64,000 nucleotides of DNA from Longimicrobiales bacterium (GTDB taxonomy: Bacteria; Gemmatimonadota; Gemmatimonadetes; Longimicrobiales; Gaopeijiaceae), in NCBI GenBank assembly GCA_965197725.1, contig CBDANQ010000055.1:1-64000 (forward strand), written 5' to 3'. The notes below the pieces were generated by a model. It saw only the letters and a list, made by a program, of their open reading frames with translations. It was not told the DNA's origin and did not search any database. The translations under genes and the position numbers were made by a program. Positions 36,777 to 46,663 of this stretch are shown here, piece after piece. The stretch's first letter is position 1; the number at the start of each line of letters is the position of its first letter.

Positions 36777-37691
36777 TCAGGCCGCCTGGGTCTGTGAAGC
36801 CCGTGTGGGAGTCTCGGCGGCCACACGTGCGAGTGTCACCAAGTGGACGAGGGCGGTGAGCAGAGCGGCGGCGCCCAGCGTGTGGAAGGAGACCGGAATC
36901 ACGGCCAGCACCGTGAGTACTGATAGAAAGCCCAGTGACACCTGGGCGATGGCCAGACCGGCGGCGAGCAGCACCGACGTGCGTACGGCGGCGGTCGTGC
37001 CGTGGCGCACGACCCAGATCGCGAGCCACACGAGCGCTACGAGTGCGAGCATCCCGACCACCCGGTGCCCGAAGTGGAGAATGATGGGCGTGTTCACGAG
37101 CGGCGGAACGAGGCGGCCGAGACAGAGTGGGGCGTCTGGACACGCCATGCCCGCGTCGGCGTGGCGAACGAGCCCACCGATCACGGATTGGAGAAAGACC
37201 AGGACGGTTACTGCCGTGGCGAACTTGATGACCCGGCCCGCGACCCCGGCGTCCAGCGGTGAGGCTTCCCGTGACCAGCTCGTCGCGGACGCGAGGACGG
37301 TGGCCAATACCAGGAACAGCAGGGCCAAGCCCAGGTGGGTGGTCGACACCAGGTCCGGCAGCTGGTAGATGACGGTGAGTCCCCCGACCGCCGCCTGGAT
37401 GACGAGTAGCGCCATCCCTGCCAGGCAGGCTTTGAAGATCCACGGGCAGTCGGCGGTTTCCTTTCTGGCCAGCCATGTCGCGAGACCGAACATGAGCAGG
37501 AGCCCTCCCGCGACGAGGCGGTGGAGGTGCTCCCAGAAGACGCCGCCCGACATCTCGGGAAGTATGGTGCCGAAACAAGTGGGCCAATCGGGGCAGGCCA
37601 GGCTCGACTCCGTCGCGTGCACGACGCTCCCCAGATACAACAGGAGGAGAGTCCACGCGACGGTCACGGTGAACGCACGTCTGTGAAGCAT
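36777..37691 (-). CDS. ctaA: Heme A synthase, COX15/CtaA family
   Basis: LACPDWPTC, WEHLHRL, HLGLA, ACPDAPLC, HFGHR, HTLGA. Confidence 0.85.
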   Translation of the reverse strand: MLHRRAFTVTVAWTLLLLYLGSVVHATESSLACPDWPTCFGTILPEMSGGVFWEHLHRLVAGGLLLMFGLATWLARKETADCPWIFKACLAGMALLVIQAAVGGLTVIYQLPDLVSTTHLGLALLFLVLATVLASATSWSREASPLDAGVAGRVIKFATAVTVLVFLQSVIGGLVRHADAGMACPDAPLCLGRLVPPLVNTPIILHFGHRVVGMLALVALVWLAIWVVRHGTTAAVRTSVLLAAGLAIAQVSLGFLSVLTVLAVIPVSFHTLGAAALLTALVHLVTLARVAAETPTRASQTQAA

Positions 37692-37696
37692 CTGGA

Positions 37697-39628
37697 CTAG
37701 CCTGTAGGCATCGGTTCCCGGACTGAAGGCTCGGACGCGGTATCCGCGGCCACGCCCGCCGCGACCTGCTGGCGGTACGACTCGAGCGAGACGATGCCGC
37801 GCTCGAGCCACTCGAACTCGCCCCCCAGTAACCGTCTCGCGACCCGGTACGTCGCCATGTCGTCGTTGTTGAACAGGGCGTCGAAGCGCTCCGCGATTCG
37901 GCGTCGAGCGTGCCGACAAAAAAGGTCTGCGAGAGCGGTCGCCCCAGTCTCATCACTGCCTCGATCTGTGAGCATCTTTGCGCGCACGAGGGAGGCCGCC
38001 ATTACGAACAGGTCCGCCCCGATATCGACGATCCTGCCGAGCACTGCCTGGCGCTTCTCGAGCGCGGGCCCGAAGCGGACCATGGCGTGGAAGGTCGAAC
38101 GAGCGAGCCTGCGAGAAGTCCGCTCGACGAAACGCAGATGGCCTGCGAGCGGGCCGAAGGATGCGTAACGCGGCCAAAAGCCCCAGCCGAGGAAACGCGT
38201 CGGGTACCACCAAGCGTAGTGCGCGCACGCACGGAAGAGTGCGGCCAGCTTCTTACCAGCCGACGCCTTCGGGTCGACGAGGTCGCCCGCGATGCTCAAA
38301 TGGGTGTCCACGGCCTCACGGGCGATGAACAGCCGCATGATCTCGGAGGAACCCTCGAAGATCGTGTTGATGCGCATGTCGCGCAGGTAGCGCTCGACGG
38401 GGTACGGTGTGTCTCCGCGCGCGAGCAACGAGGCATGGGTCTCGTAGCCGCGGCCTCCTCGGACCTGCAGCGCGTCGTCCACGATCTTCCATCCGGTTTC
38501 AGATGCCCACAGCTTCGCGATTGCGGCTTCGAGTCGAATGTCGAAGGTCTTCGAGTCCGCCATGCCCGAGGTGAGCTCGACTACCGCCTCCATGGCAAAC
38601 GTCTCAGCGGTCATCCTGCCGAGCATCTGTGCGATCGCGTCGTGCTTGCCCACCTGACGGCCCCACTGAACGCGGGACCCGGCCCAATCTCGGCACATCT
38701 CGAGCGCGCCCTTGCCGGCCGCCGCGCAGAACGCGGGCAGCGCAAGCCGGCCGGTGTTCAGCGTGATGAGCGCGAGCTTCAGTCCCTTGCCCTCTGCCCA
38801 CAGCAGATTCTCGCGCGGAACCTTCACGTCCGTGAAACGAAGGACTCCGTTCGAGAGTCCGTTGAGGCCCATGAAGGTGCACTCGCGTACGGTTTCGACT
38901 CCCGCCCACTCGGTCTCGACGATCAACGCGGTGATCGGCTTGTGCCGAGAGCCTTCGGGAGTCGGCGTGCGCGCCATGACGACGATGATATCAGCCCGCG
39001 GCCCGTTGGTCGTCCAGAGCTTTTCGCCGTTCAGGATCCAGTGCGATCCGTCCTCAGCGAGTGTTGCGGTCGTGGACATGTTCGCGGGGTCCGACCCCAC
39101 GTCAGCCTCGGTTAGCGCGAACGCAGAGAGTGCTCCCCCGGCGAGCCGCGGGAGGTACCGTTGTTTCTGCTCGTCTGTCCCGAATTTCAGGAGTGGCCCC
39201 GGTACGCCGATGCTCTGATGCGCCGACAGAAACGCCCCGGTCGAGCCGCATCGCGATGAGACGACCATGAGTGCCCGATTGTACGAGAGTTGCGACAGCT
39301 CGAGTCCGCCATACTCGCGGGGGATCTTGATGCCGAACGCGCCTAGCTCCGCGAGTCCGTCCAGGACCTCCTGGGGGACATGGCGGTCGCGGTCGATCTG
39401 GTCTCCGTCGATGTGATCTCGGGAGAACGCCTCCAGCTGCGCGAGGAAATCCGCCGCCCGCTCCTGCTCTTCTGGGTCAGGCACGGGGTGCGGGTGGATC
39501 AGATCCAGCTCGAATCGCCCTTCGAAGAGAGAGCGCGCGAAACTGCGTCGTTCCCAGTCCTGCTCGCGAGCGTACTCGGCGACCTCACGGGCCTCGAGTT
39601 CGGTGGCGAGCTGCTTGTGGTCTGCCAT
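37697..39628 (-). CDS. Acyl-CoA dehydrogenase (VLCAD/ACAD9-like)
   Basis: [43 protein letters not shown]. Confidence 0.93.
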   Translation of the reverse strand: MADHKQLATELEAREVAEYAREQDWERRSFARSLFEGRFELDLIHPHPVPDPEEQERAADFLAQLEAFSRDHIDGDQIDRDRHVPQEVLDGLAELGAFGIKIPREYGGLELSQLSYNRALMVVSSRCGSTGAFLSAHQSIGVPGPLLKFGTDEQKQRYLPRLAGGALSAFALTEADVGSDPANMSTTATLAEDGSHWILNGEKLWTTNGPRADIIVVMARTPTPEGSRHKPITALIVETEWAGVETVRECTFMGLNGLSNGVLRFTDVKVPRENLLWAEGKGLKLALITLNTGRLALPAFCAAAGKGALEMCRDWAGSRVQWGRQVGKHDAIAQMLGRMTAETFAMEAVVELTSGMADSKTFDIRLEAAIAKLWASETGWKIVDDALQVRGGRGYETHASLLARGDTPYPVERYLRDMRINTIFEGSSEIMRLFIAREAVDTHLSIAGDLVDPKASAGKKLAALFRACAHYAWWYPTRFLGWGFWPRYASFGPLAGHLRFVERTSRRLARSTFHAMVRFGPALEKRQAVLGRIVDIGADLFVMAASLVRAKMLTDRGSDETGATALADLFCRHARRRIAERFDALFNNDDMATYRVARRLLGGEFEWLERGIVSLESYRQQVAAGVAADTASEPSVREPMPTG

Positions 39629-39677
39629 GGTGGTAAATCTAATACGGGGCCGGTCTACTTGGCTCCCCGGGCGCGCG

Positions 39678-40874
39678 TTATTCGTCCTCGTGCAGGAACT
39701 CCCGGATCTCTACGCCCCGTGCCTCGGCGTCAGCCTCGCCGACCTCCATCAGCTTCTGGAGATAGTCGGGTTGGAAGAGTATCAGACTCAAGAAGTCAGG
39801 GCTGCGCATCTGTTTCGTTCCCAATCCGCGTGTGAGGAAGCGAAAGACCCTGGGCAGCTGGAACTCGTACTCGTACGCAAGCCTCCCGAGGTCTTGTGAG
39901 GGCCGGAGCGTCAACAGGCGGACCGGCCTGAAGCCGTCTCGTTTCTCCATCGGTATGCTCTCGAGTAGCTGATTGAGCCGTTCGAGCCGAGCCGCGTCGT
40001 GGTCGAGCAGGTCGAGGAATATCGAGTTCATCAGGGCACCCGCCACTTGTGCCGGGGGAGGGTACCCGTAGATGATGGGCTCCTCGGCCTCGTCCTGGTT
40101 GCGGTCGTAGCGGGTCGAGATCGCAAGTATCTTACGGGCTCCCAAGTGCAGCGCGGGCGAGAGGGGGGCGGTCAGGCGGATGCTACCGTCGCCGTACCAC
40201 GCGTTTTCGAGTCGGACCGCGGGGAAGACGAGCGGCAGCGCGGCGGAAGCCAGCACGTGCTCGACGGTCATCACCGCGGTCACCGCCCTTCGCCTGGGGC
40301 GCTGCCACTCGTGGATATCGGATCCCTGCACCCAGGTGACCGACTGTCCGGTCGAGTAGCTCGACGTGCTGATCGCGACAGCCTTCAGGCGGCCACGCTC
40401 CAGATTGTAGCGCACGCCCGTGAGCTCGCCGTCGACCGCGTGCATCACCTCGGTCAGGTGGTTCCGTAGAGGCTCTGTGTCGACCAGCCCCCTCACCGGC
40501 GGCGCACCTCCCATTCCGCCGGATGCCAGTTGGCGAAGCCACCGGAAGCCGTTCATGGTGAGCGAGCGGACATCGACGTTGAAGACGTCTTCGACGGTGA
40601 GGTTGCCCCACAACTGACTGAGTTCCCCCACCGCCTGCAGGAAACTTCCGTGATGCGACGCGATCAGCGCGGCGTTGATCGCCCCGGAGGAGGCGCCGGT
40701 GACGTACGGAACCTGCAGCTCGGGAAAATTGCGGGCGACGTACCTCAGAAAACCCACCTGGTACGCCGCTCGAGCGCCACCGCCCCCCATCACGAGTCCG
40801 AGATCGCGCGGGCCGGCGGTGCGGATAGCGGTGGGGAGTTCCTCGAGAGGACCGAGTGGCGGGATTGGAGTCAT
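39678..40874 (-). CDS. Patatin-like phospholipase
   Basis: [17 protein letters not shown] nucleophile elbow, DGS. Confidence 0.9.
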   Translation of the reverse strand: MTPIPPLGPLEELPTAIRTAGPRDLGLVMGGGGARAAYQVGFLRYVARNFPELQVPYVTGASSGAINAALIASHHGSFLQAVGELSQLWGNLTVEDVFNVDVRSLTMNGFRWLRQLASGGMGGAPPVRGLVDTEPLRNHLTEVMHAVDGELTGVRYNLERGRLKAVAISTSSYSTGQSVTWVQGSDIHEWQRPRRRAVTAVMTVEHVLASAALPLVFPAVRLENAWYGDGSIRLTAPLSPALHLGARKILAISTRYDRNQDEAEEPIIYGYPPPAQVAGALMNSIFLDLLDHDAARLERLNQLLESIPMEKRDGFRPVRLLTLRPSQDLGRLAYEYEFQLPRVFRFLTRGLGTKQMRSPDFLSLILFQPDYLQKLMEVGEADAEARGVEIREFLHEDE

Positions 40875-40901
40875 GGGCACGGCTAGGAGGTGGGCGCGAT
40901 G

Positions 40902-41285
40902 TCAGCCGAGGATCGGGCGTCCGATCGCCATGATGCCAACGGAGACGAGCGCCAGTACTACCATCGTGGCAACGATGTGCGGCAGGAAGGTCCGCTCCTC
41001 GATGGGGCGGCGTTTCATCACCGCCGAGACCACGTGGGCCACCGTCGCCGCGAGCACCATCGACGCGATGTGCCCAGATAGCTGCGGGTAGAATACTCCG
41101 CTGAACAGGTGAGCCACTCCAACAAGCGCCGTGAGGTCGATCGCGCCCGTGAAGACGGCAGCCAAAATCCTCATGGTCTTGTCGTATTCGTGCTTCGTGG
41201 CCTGGCCGTATCCGGCGTAGCCCAGGACGAGGACGCCGGCCAAGAGCACCAAGTAGCGAAGGCCCGAGTGGGCGTAGAAGAGCAT
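40902..41285 (-). CDS. Four-TM membrane protein with helix His residues (cytochrome b-like)
   Basis: YAHSGLRYLVL, GHIASM, AHVVS. Confidence 0.65.
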   Translation of the reverse strand: MLFYAHSGLRYLVLLAGVLVLGYAGYGQATKHEYDKTMRILAAVFTGAIDLTALVGVAHLFSGVFYPQLSGHIASMVLAATVAHVVSAVMKRRPIEERTFLPHIVATMVVLALVSVGIMAIGRPILG

Positions 41286-42594
41286 GACGGTGAATCCTGG
41301 TATGGGTCAGTTTGTCAGCAAAGATGAGGGGCCGCTAACCTCGGCGCACTTCCTCGAGTAGCGCGCGCGCGCGCTGCACGGCAACGCGTTGGCCCTCCGT
41401 GGGCGGATAGAGCGTTCCCGGTCGCACGCCATCGCCGTTGAGCGCCTCGTACACGTCCTCCACCGTGCAGGCTGCCGCGTGGAGCTTGCCGGCAGGCGTG
41501 TCCATCGGGGGGCGACTGATGCGGCCGCCTCGGCCGCAGCCACCTCCGCCATAGCCGTTCGCCCGCCTGTAGGTCTCGATCTCGTCGGTGAGCGCGAGCG
41601 CGTCGAGCATGAAGCGCTCTCGTGATTCGTACATCGCGACCGTGATCGGCATCTCCGGGTCGCCTCGCACCTCCACTCGAGTGGACGCCCTGGTGCGGCG
41701 GGCATGCACCGTGACCGTGTACGAACCCGGCGAGACCCATGGCCCACGATCCGCGATCGGGCGGGCGAGCTCGTGGTCTGTGAACCGCTGCCAGGTGTCG
41801 GGGCGGCCAGAGATCGAGTGACGCAGATCCCAGTTGACCCGGTGGGTGCCCGCCGGGGAAGGGACCCGCATCTCGCGGACGGTGCTGCCCATGGCGTTCG
41901 TGACCGTCAGAGTGACGCCACCGCCGCCCGCGCCCAGCCTGTATGTGATCTCGACGCCATCGACCGGATGCGTGCCGGCGAACGCGGCCTGCCCGCGGTA
42001 CGAGGTGTCCTTGCGGTAGACCTGAATCGTGCCCCGGTCGGCCGAGAAAACCGTCACTGGGCCGGAGGCGTTCCCCCACTCGGCGAACGCGCGGGTGTCG
42101 TCCAGGATCCAGAAGGACCGGCCGTGCGTCGCGAGCACGAGGTCCTTGTCGCGCGGGTGGATGAGCATGTCGTCGTAGTGCGTAGTCGGCAGGTTGGGGA
42201 TCTCGGCCCAGCTCGTGCCAGCGTCCGTGCTTGCGAACGCGTGGTGCTCGGTACCGAGGAAGAGCACGTCGGTGTTGTCGGGGTGCTCGATGATCACGTT
42301 CACGACGCCCAGCTCTGGCAGCATCGAGTGAAGCGGCTGCCACGACCCGCCGAAGTCCTCCGTGCGGTAGACGTAGGGAGCGGAGTCTCCGTCGCGGTGA
42401 CCGTCGAAGGCGGCGTACGCCGTGCCCCGCGAGCGATACGAGGCTGTGATACGGCTCACGTACGTGCCGTCCGTGATTCCGAAAACGTTGCGGGAGACCT
42501 CGCTCCACGTCGCTCCGTTGTCGCGGCTCACTTGCAGGTTGCCGTCGTCGAAACCCACCCACAGCACGCTCAGGTCGACGGGTGATTCGTCTAG

Positions 42595-44093
42595 CAGACC
42601 GTGGATAAAGTCCGGTCATCGCTGTTGTGTTAAATCAGGAGGACACGAGGGTTTTTGCAGCGAGGACGGCGATGGCGGTAGGCAAGCGGCCCGAGGCTCG
42701 GCAGGGCGAGATGTTCGTGGTGGCGAGCGAGATTCGGGCCTTGGACAACCCGTTCTACCGGGCCTTGAACGAGCTTCTGGCGAAAAGCGGGTTTGACGAG
42801 TTCGCGGAAGAGGCATGCCGTGAGTTCTACGCGGACAATCGGGGTCGGCCGGGGATTGCTCCCGGGGTGTATTTCCGAATGATGATGGTGGGCTACCTGG
42901 AAGGGATCGGCTCGGAGCGGGGCATTGCCTGGCGGTGTGGGGACTCGTTGTCGTTGCGTGAGTTTCTGGGATACGGGTGGGCGAAGAACCCGCCGGAGCA
43001 TTCGACCCTGTCGAAGACGCGCAAGCGCCTGAGCGTGGAAGCGCACGCGGCGGTGTTCGGGCGGGTGCTGGAGCTGCTGAAGGGGTCGGGGTTGCTGAGC
43101 GGCAAGACGCTGGGCGTCGACTCGACGACGCTGGAGGCGAATGCGGCGATGCGCACGATCGTGCGGCGCGACGACGGGTTGGGCTACGATGAATGGCTGG
43201 AGCAGGTGGCCCGGGCGTCGGGGATCGAGACGCCGACGCGCAAGGATCTGACGACGCTGGACCGGAAGCGTCCGAAGAAGGGCTCGAACAAGGACTGGGT
43301 GCATCCGCACGACCCGGAGGCGCGGATCACGAAGATGAAGGACGGCAGGACGCGCCTGGCGCACAAGTTGGAGCAGGCGGTCGACATGGAGACCGGTGCG
43401 CTTGTGGCGGTGACGGTGCAGACGATGGACGGGGGAGATGTGGCGTCGCTGCCCAACACGCTGGACGAGGCAGAGCGGCAGCTGGAAGTAGTGCAGGTAG
43501 AGCCCGAGGAAGTGGTGGCCGACAAAGGCTACCACTCGAACAAGACCATGACGGGCGTGAAGGAGCGGGAGCTGCGCAGCTATGTGAGCGAGCCCAACCG
43601 CGGGCGCCGGAAATGGAAGAACAACCGGGACGCGCAGAAGCCGACCTACGACAACCGCCGCCGGATCCGCGGCAACCGGGGGATGCGGCTGCTGCGCCAG
43701 CGCGGCGAGAAGGTGGAGCGGGGGTTTGCGCACTTGCTTGTGACCGGAGGGCTGCGTCGCGTCCACATACGGGGCCAGGAGGAGATTCGAAAACGGATGT
43801 TGATCCACGCGGCGGCCTTCAACCTCGGCCTTCTCATGCGCAAGCGGTTCGGGGTTGGAACCCCCCGTGCGTTACAGGGCCTCGCTACCGTACAAGCTGC
43901 GCTCGCAACTCAGGTTACAACCCGCGTCTCGCGCTTTTTCCGCCGTATTCGGCGCTATTTCGCCTTCCTTGGGCCGAATATCGCCTCGTCAGACCCCAAA
44001 ACCCGCTTCTTGCACAACAACACAGCCCCCGCCCGCGTGTCTGCCTTCTCTCCCACCCATCATCCGCTGGGAACCTATTTCTTCCACGGACTG
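42595..44093 (+). mobile_element. IS1182-family insertion sequence (1499 bp) with CTAG target-site duplication
   Basis: Imperfect TIRs CAGACCGTGGATAAA / CAGTCCGTGGAAGAAA; CTAG at 42591-42594 and 44094-44097; host gene rejoins across it. Confidence 0.93.
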
Positions 44094-44147
44094 CTAGGGT
44101 CACGGCTTCCCCGAAGCTGCCCGTGCCGTGGTTCCTCGAGATCGTGA
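42627..44147 (+). CDS. IS1182/IS5-like DDE transposase
   Basis: DUF772-like GRPGIAPGVYFRM..YLEGIGSERGI; GVDSTTLEANA, DPEARI, VADKGY, R..KVERGFAH; true start probably near 42671. Confidence 0.93.
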   Translation: MLNQEDTRVFAARTAMAVGKRPEARQGEMFVVASEIRALDNPFYRALNELLAKSGFDEFAEEACREFYADNRGRPGIAPGVYFRMMMVGYLEGIGSERGIAWRCGDSLSLREFLGYGWAKNPPEHSTLSKTRKRLSVEAHAAVFGRVLELLKGSGLLSGKTLGVDSTTLEANAAMRTIVRRDDGLGYDEWLEQVARASGIETPTRKDLTTLDRKRPKKGSNKDWVHPHDPEARITKMKDGRTRLAHKLEQAVDMETGALVAVTVQTMDGGDVASLPNTLDEAERQLEVVQVEPEEVVADKGYHSNKTMTGVKERELRSYVSEPNRGRRKWKNNRDAQKPTYDNRRRIRGNRGMRLLRQRGEKVERGFAHLLVTGGLRRVHIRGQEEIRKRMLIHAAAFNLGLLMRKRFGVGTPRALQGLATVQAALATQVTTRVSRFFRRIRRYFAFLGPNIASSDPKTRFLHNNTAPARVSAFSPTHHPLGTYFFHGLLGSRLPRSCPCRGSSRS

Positions 44148-45794
44148 TGTCGTGACCCTTGACCCCCATCATGTCGAGCTCGTCGCGGTCGATCTGCCGG
44201 CTCAGGTCCGCCGTGCGCTGCCACGACGAGCCGCGGTTGCGGGAGATGAAGAGTCGATTGCCGGCCACGTACAGCACGTCCGGATCGTGCTGGGAGAGCA
44301 TCATCGGCGACGTCCAGTCGAAGCGGTAGTTCTCTCCGGGCAGCTCGATCGGCGAGATGCCGAGCATGTCGCCTGTCCTCGTGTCGTAGCGGAAGTAGCT
44401 GCCGCCGCTCGAGCTGCCGTACGAGTATCGGGCATCCCGTGGGTCGGCTGCCCAGTACATGCCATCGCCGAACCCGGACTGCATCCAATCGTCGTTGAGG
44501 ATGCCGGCCCAGCGGCGCGTCTCGGACGGCCCCATGAACGAATGGTTGTCCTGGAGCCCCCCATACACCCAGTACGGATCACGCATGTCGACGGCGAGCG
44601 CGTAGAACTGGGCGATGGGGAAGTTGTTGATTCTCCGGAAATTCGCTCCCCCGTCGTAGCTCTCGTGCAAGCGGGGTCCCCCGCCAGGTAGAGGTGCTCC
44701 GAGTCGTTCGGGTCGATCCAGAGTGTGTGGTGGTCCGCGTGCATCCCGACGTCGTACGTAGGCCGCCGGGCGATCTCCGTGAAGGATCGGCCGCCGTCAC
44801 GGCTCACGTAAGAGTCTGTCACGAGCTCGTAGACTCGGTTCTCGTCATTCGGGTCGATGAAGATGTGCGAGTAGTACATGGGGCGACCATTGAGAGCGTT
44901 CACGCGCTCCCAGGTGAGCCCGCCGTTTCCAGTGGGTGCCCTGAAGGTCCTCGTCGGGATGCTCGATGAGCGCGTTGAGCACCTGCGGGTTGGACTCCGA
45001 GATCGCGATGCCGATGCGACCCTTGTCACCTGCGGGCAGCCCGCCTTCGAGTTCGTTCCAGTTGGCTCCCCCGTCGATGGTCTTGTAGATGCCGCTTCCG
45101 GGCCCGCCACCGTTGAAGCCCCACGCGCGACGTAGCCGCTGATATGTTGCGGCATACAGCGTGTTGGGGTCGGAGGCGTCCATCACGAGGTCCACAGCCC
45201 CGGTGTATTCGTCGATGTACAGAACCTTGTGCCACGAGCGGCCGCCGTCGCTGGTCTTGAAGACGCCGCGCTCCGCGGAAGCCGCCCACAGATTCCCCAA
45301 AGCCGCCACGTACGCGATGTCGGGGTTGATGGGGTGGATGCGCACCCTACCGATGTGCCGCGTTTTCTCCAGCCCGAGGTGTCGCCACGTCCTGCCGCCG
45401 TCGTCCGAGCGGTACACGCCGTTTCCATACGATGAGCTCTGCCGGTTCTGCTGCTCACCCGTCCCCGCGTAGATGATCTCGGGGTCGGAGGGAGCGAGCG
45501 CCACGTCCCCGAACGTGCTCACCGGATTGTCGTCGAAAACGTTCGTCCACGTCTGGCCGCGGTTGACGCTCTTCCAAAGGCCTCCGGAGGCGGAGGCCAC
45601 ATAGATCGTCGAAGGGTCGTCCGGGATCGCCTCTACGTCGTGCACCCGCCCCCCGGTTACCGCGGGGCCGATCACTCTAGGGTGGAAGTCGACCATGTCC
45701 TCGCTCGTGATCGGCGTCTGAGCCGACAGCGATTGAGTGGTCGCAGCGACCGCGACGAAAGCTAGCAGCGTGCTGGAGAGACCGCTCATGCACG

Positions 45795-46619
45795 TCATGC
45801 TGATTCGCCCCCGTTGCTCGGGTCTGAAAGCGGTAATTCGGGTGGCGTGACAGCGGTGACGGCTTCCTGGATGATGCTCAGCACGTCCTCGTCCATGTCT
45901 TCGACGCCGAGCATCCAACGCAAGTAGTCCGGCGCCTCGGCCGTGACCCGCGCTAGCGGTTGGCCTTTGTGCTTCCCACACCGAAAGACACGTCCTTCTT
46001 CGGCGCTGCTGAACCAGCGGTCGACCTCCGTGCGGAACGGAGAGAACTCGTCGCAATAGGCGTGCAGCGCATCCAGGTCCCGCGGGATGTGCGGGTACCG
46101 CTCGAGCTGGGCAGCGAGCACCGCTGCCGATGTCCGGATATCGCCCAGAGCGGTGTGCGCCTCTTCGTGCTCACGGCCCAAATAGAAGCGTGCCGCGGCG
46201 GAGAGGTCTCGTGGCTCCTCGCGGTGGAAGATGTTCTGCATGTCGAGCACCCGACGGCCGTCGAGCGTGAAGCGAATGTCACAGCGCTTTAACTCCGCGA
46301 TGAGCATGTGCAGATCGAAGCGCCGAATGTTGAACCCGCATAGGTCGCAGCCCGCGAGGAGCTCGTCGTTGAGGCTCCTGGCGGTTCGGCAGAACGGGTG
46401 CTCGTCGGCGACGTCGTCGTCGGCGATGCCGTGAACGGCCGTGGCCTCAGGGGGAATCGGCAGGCCGGGGTTGTACCGTCGCACGCGCTCGAGCACGTCC
46501 CCCTGGGGCGTGACCTTGATGAGCGCAAGCTCGACGATCCGGTCGTTCTTCACATCGAGACCCGTGGTCTCGAGATCGAAGAAGATGAGGGGCCGGACTA
46601 GCTCGAAGGGCAGTTTCAT
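45795..46619 (-). CDS. DnaQ-like 3'-5' exonuclease (DEDDh)
   Basis: FFDLETTG, HGI, GFNIRRFD, AHTALGD, C-terminal GKHKGQ...YLRWM. Confidence 0.9.
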   Translation of the reverse strand: MKLPFELVRPLIFFDLETTGLDVKNDRIVELALIKVTPQGDVLERVRRYNPGLPIPPEATAVHGIADDDVADEHPFCRTARSLNDELLAGCDLCGFNIRRFDLHMLIAELKRCDIRFTLDGRRVLDMQNIFHREEPRDLSAAARFYLGREHEEAHTALGDIRTSAAVLAAQLERYPHIPRDLDALHAYCDEFSPFRTEVDRWFSSAEEGRVFRCGKHKGQPLARVTAEAPDYLRWMLGVEDMDEDVLSIIQEAVTAVTPPELPLSDPSNGGESA

Positions 46620-46663
46620 GGGAACGGCAAGGTAGTGGGGAGGTCTGGGAAGGACTACAGTGA

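Larger units (their letters stand above)
41335..45798 (-). pseudogene. VPS10/BNR-repeat glycosyl hydrolase-like secreted protein interrupted by IS and frameshifts
   Basis: Signal peptide, IGPAVTGGRV, Asp-box repeats S.D.G.TW; frame EAVTL|DESPVDL split at CTAG; extra shifts near 44930 and 44680. Confidence 0.9.
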
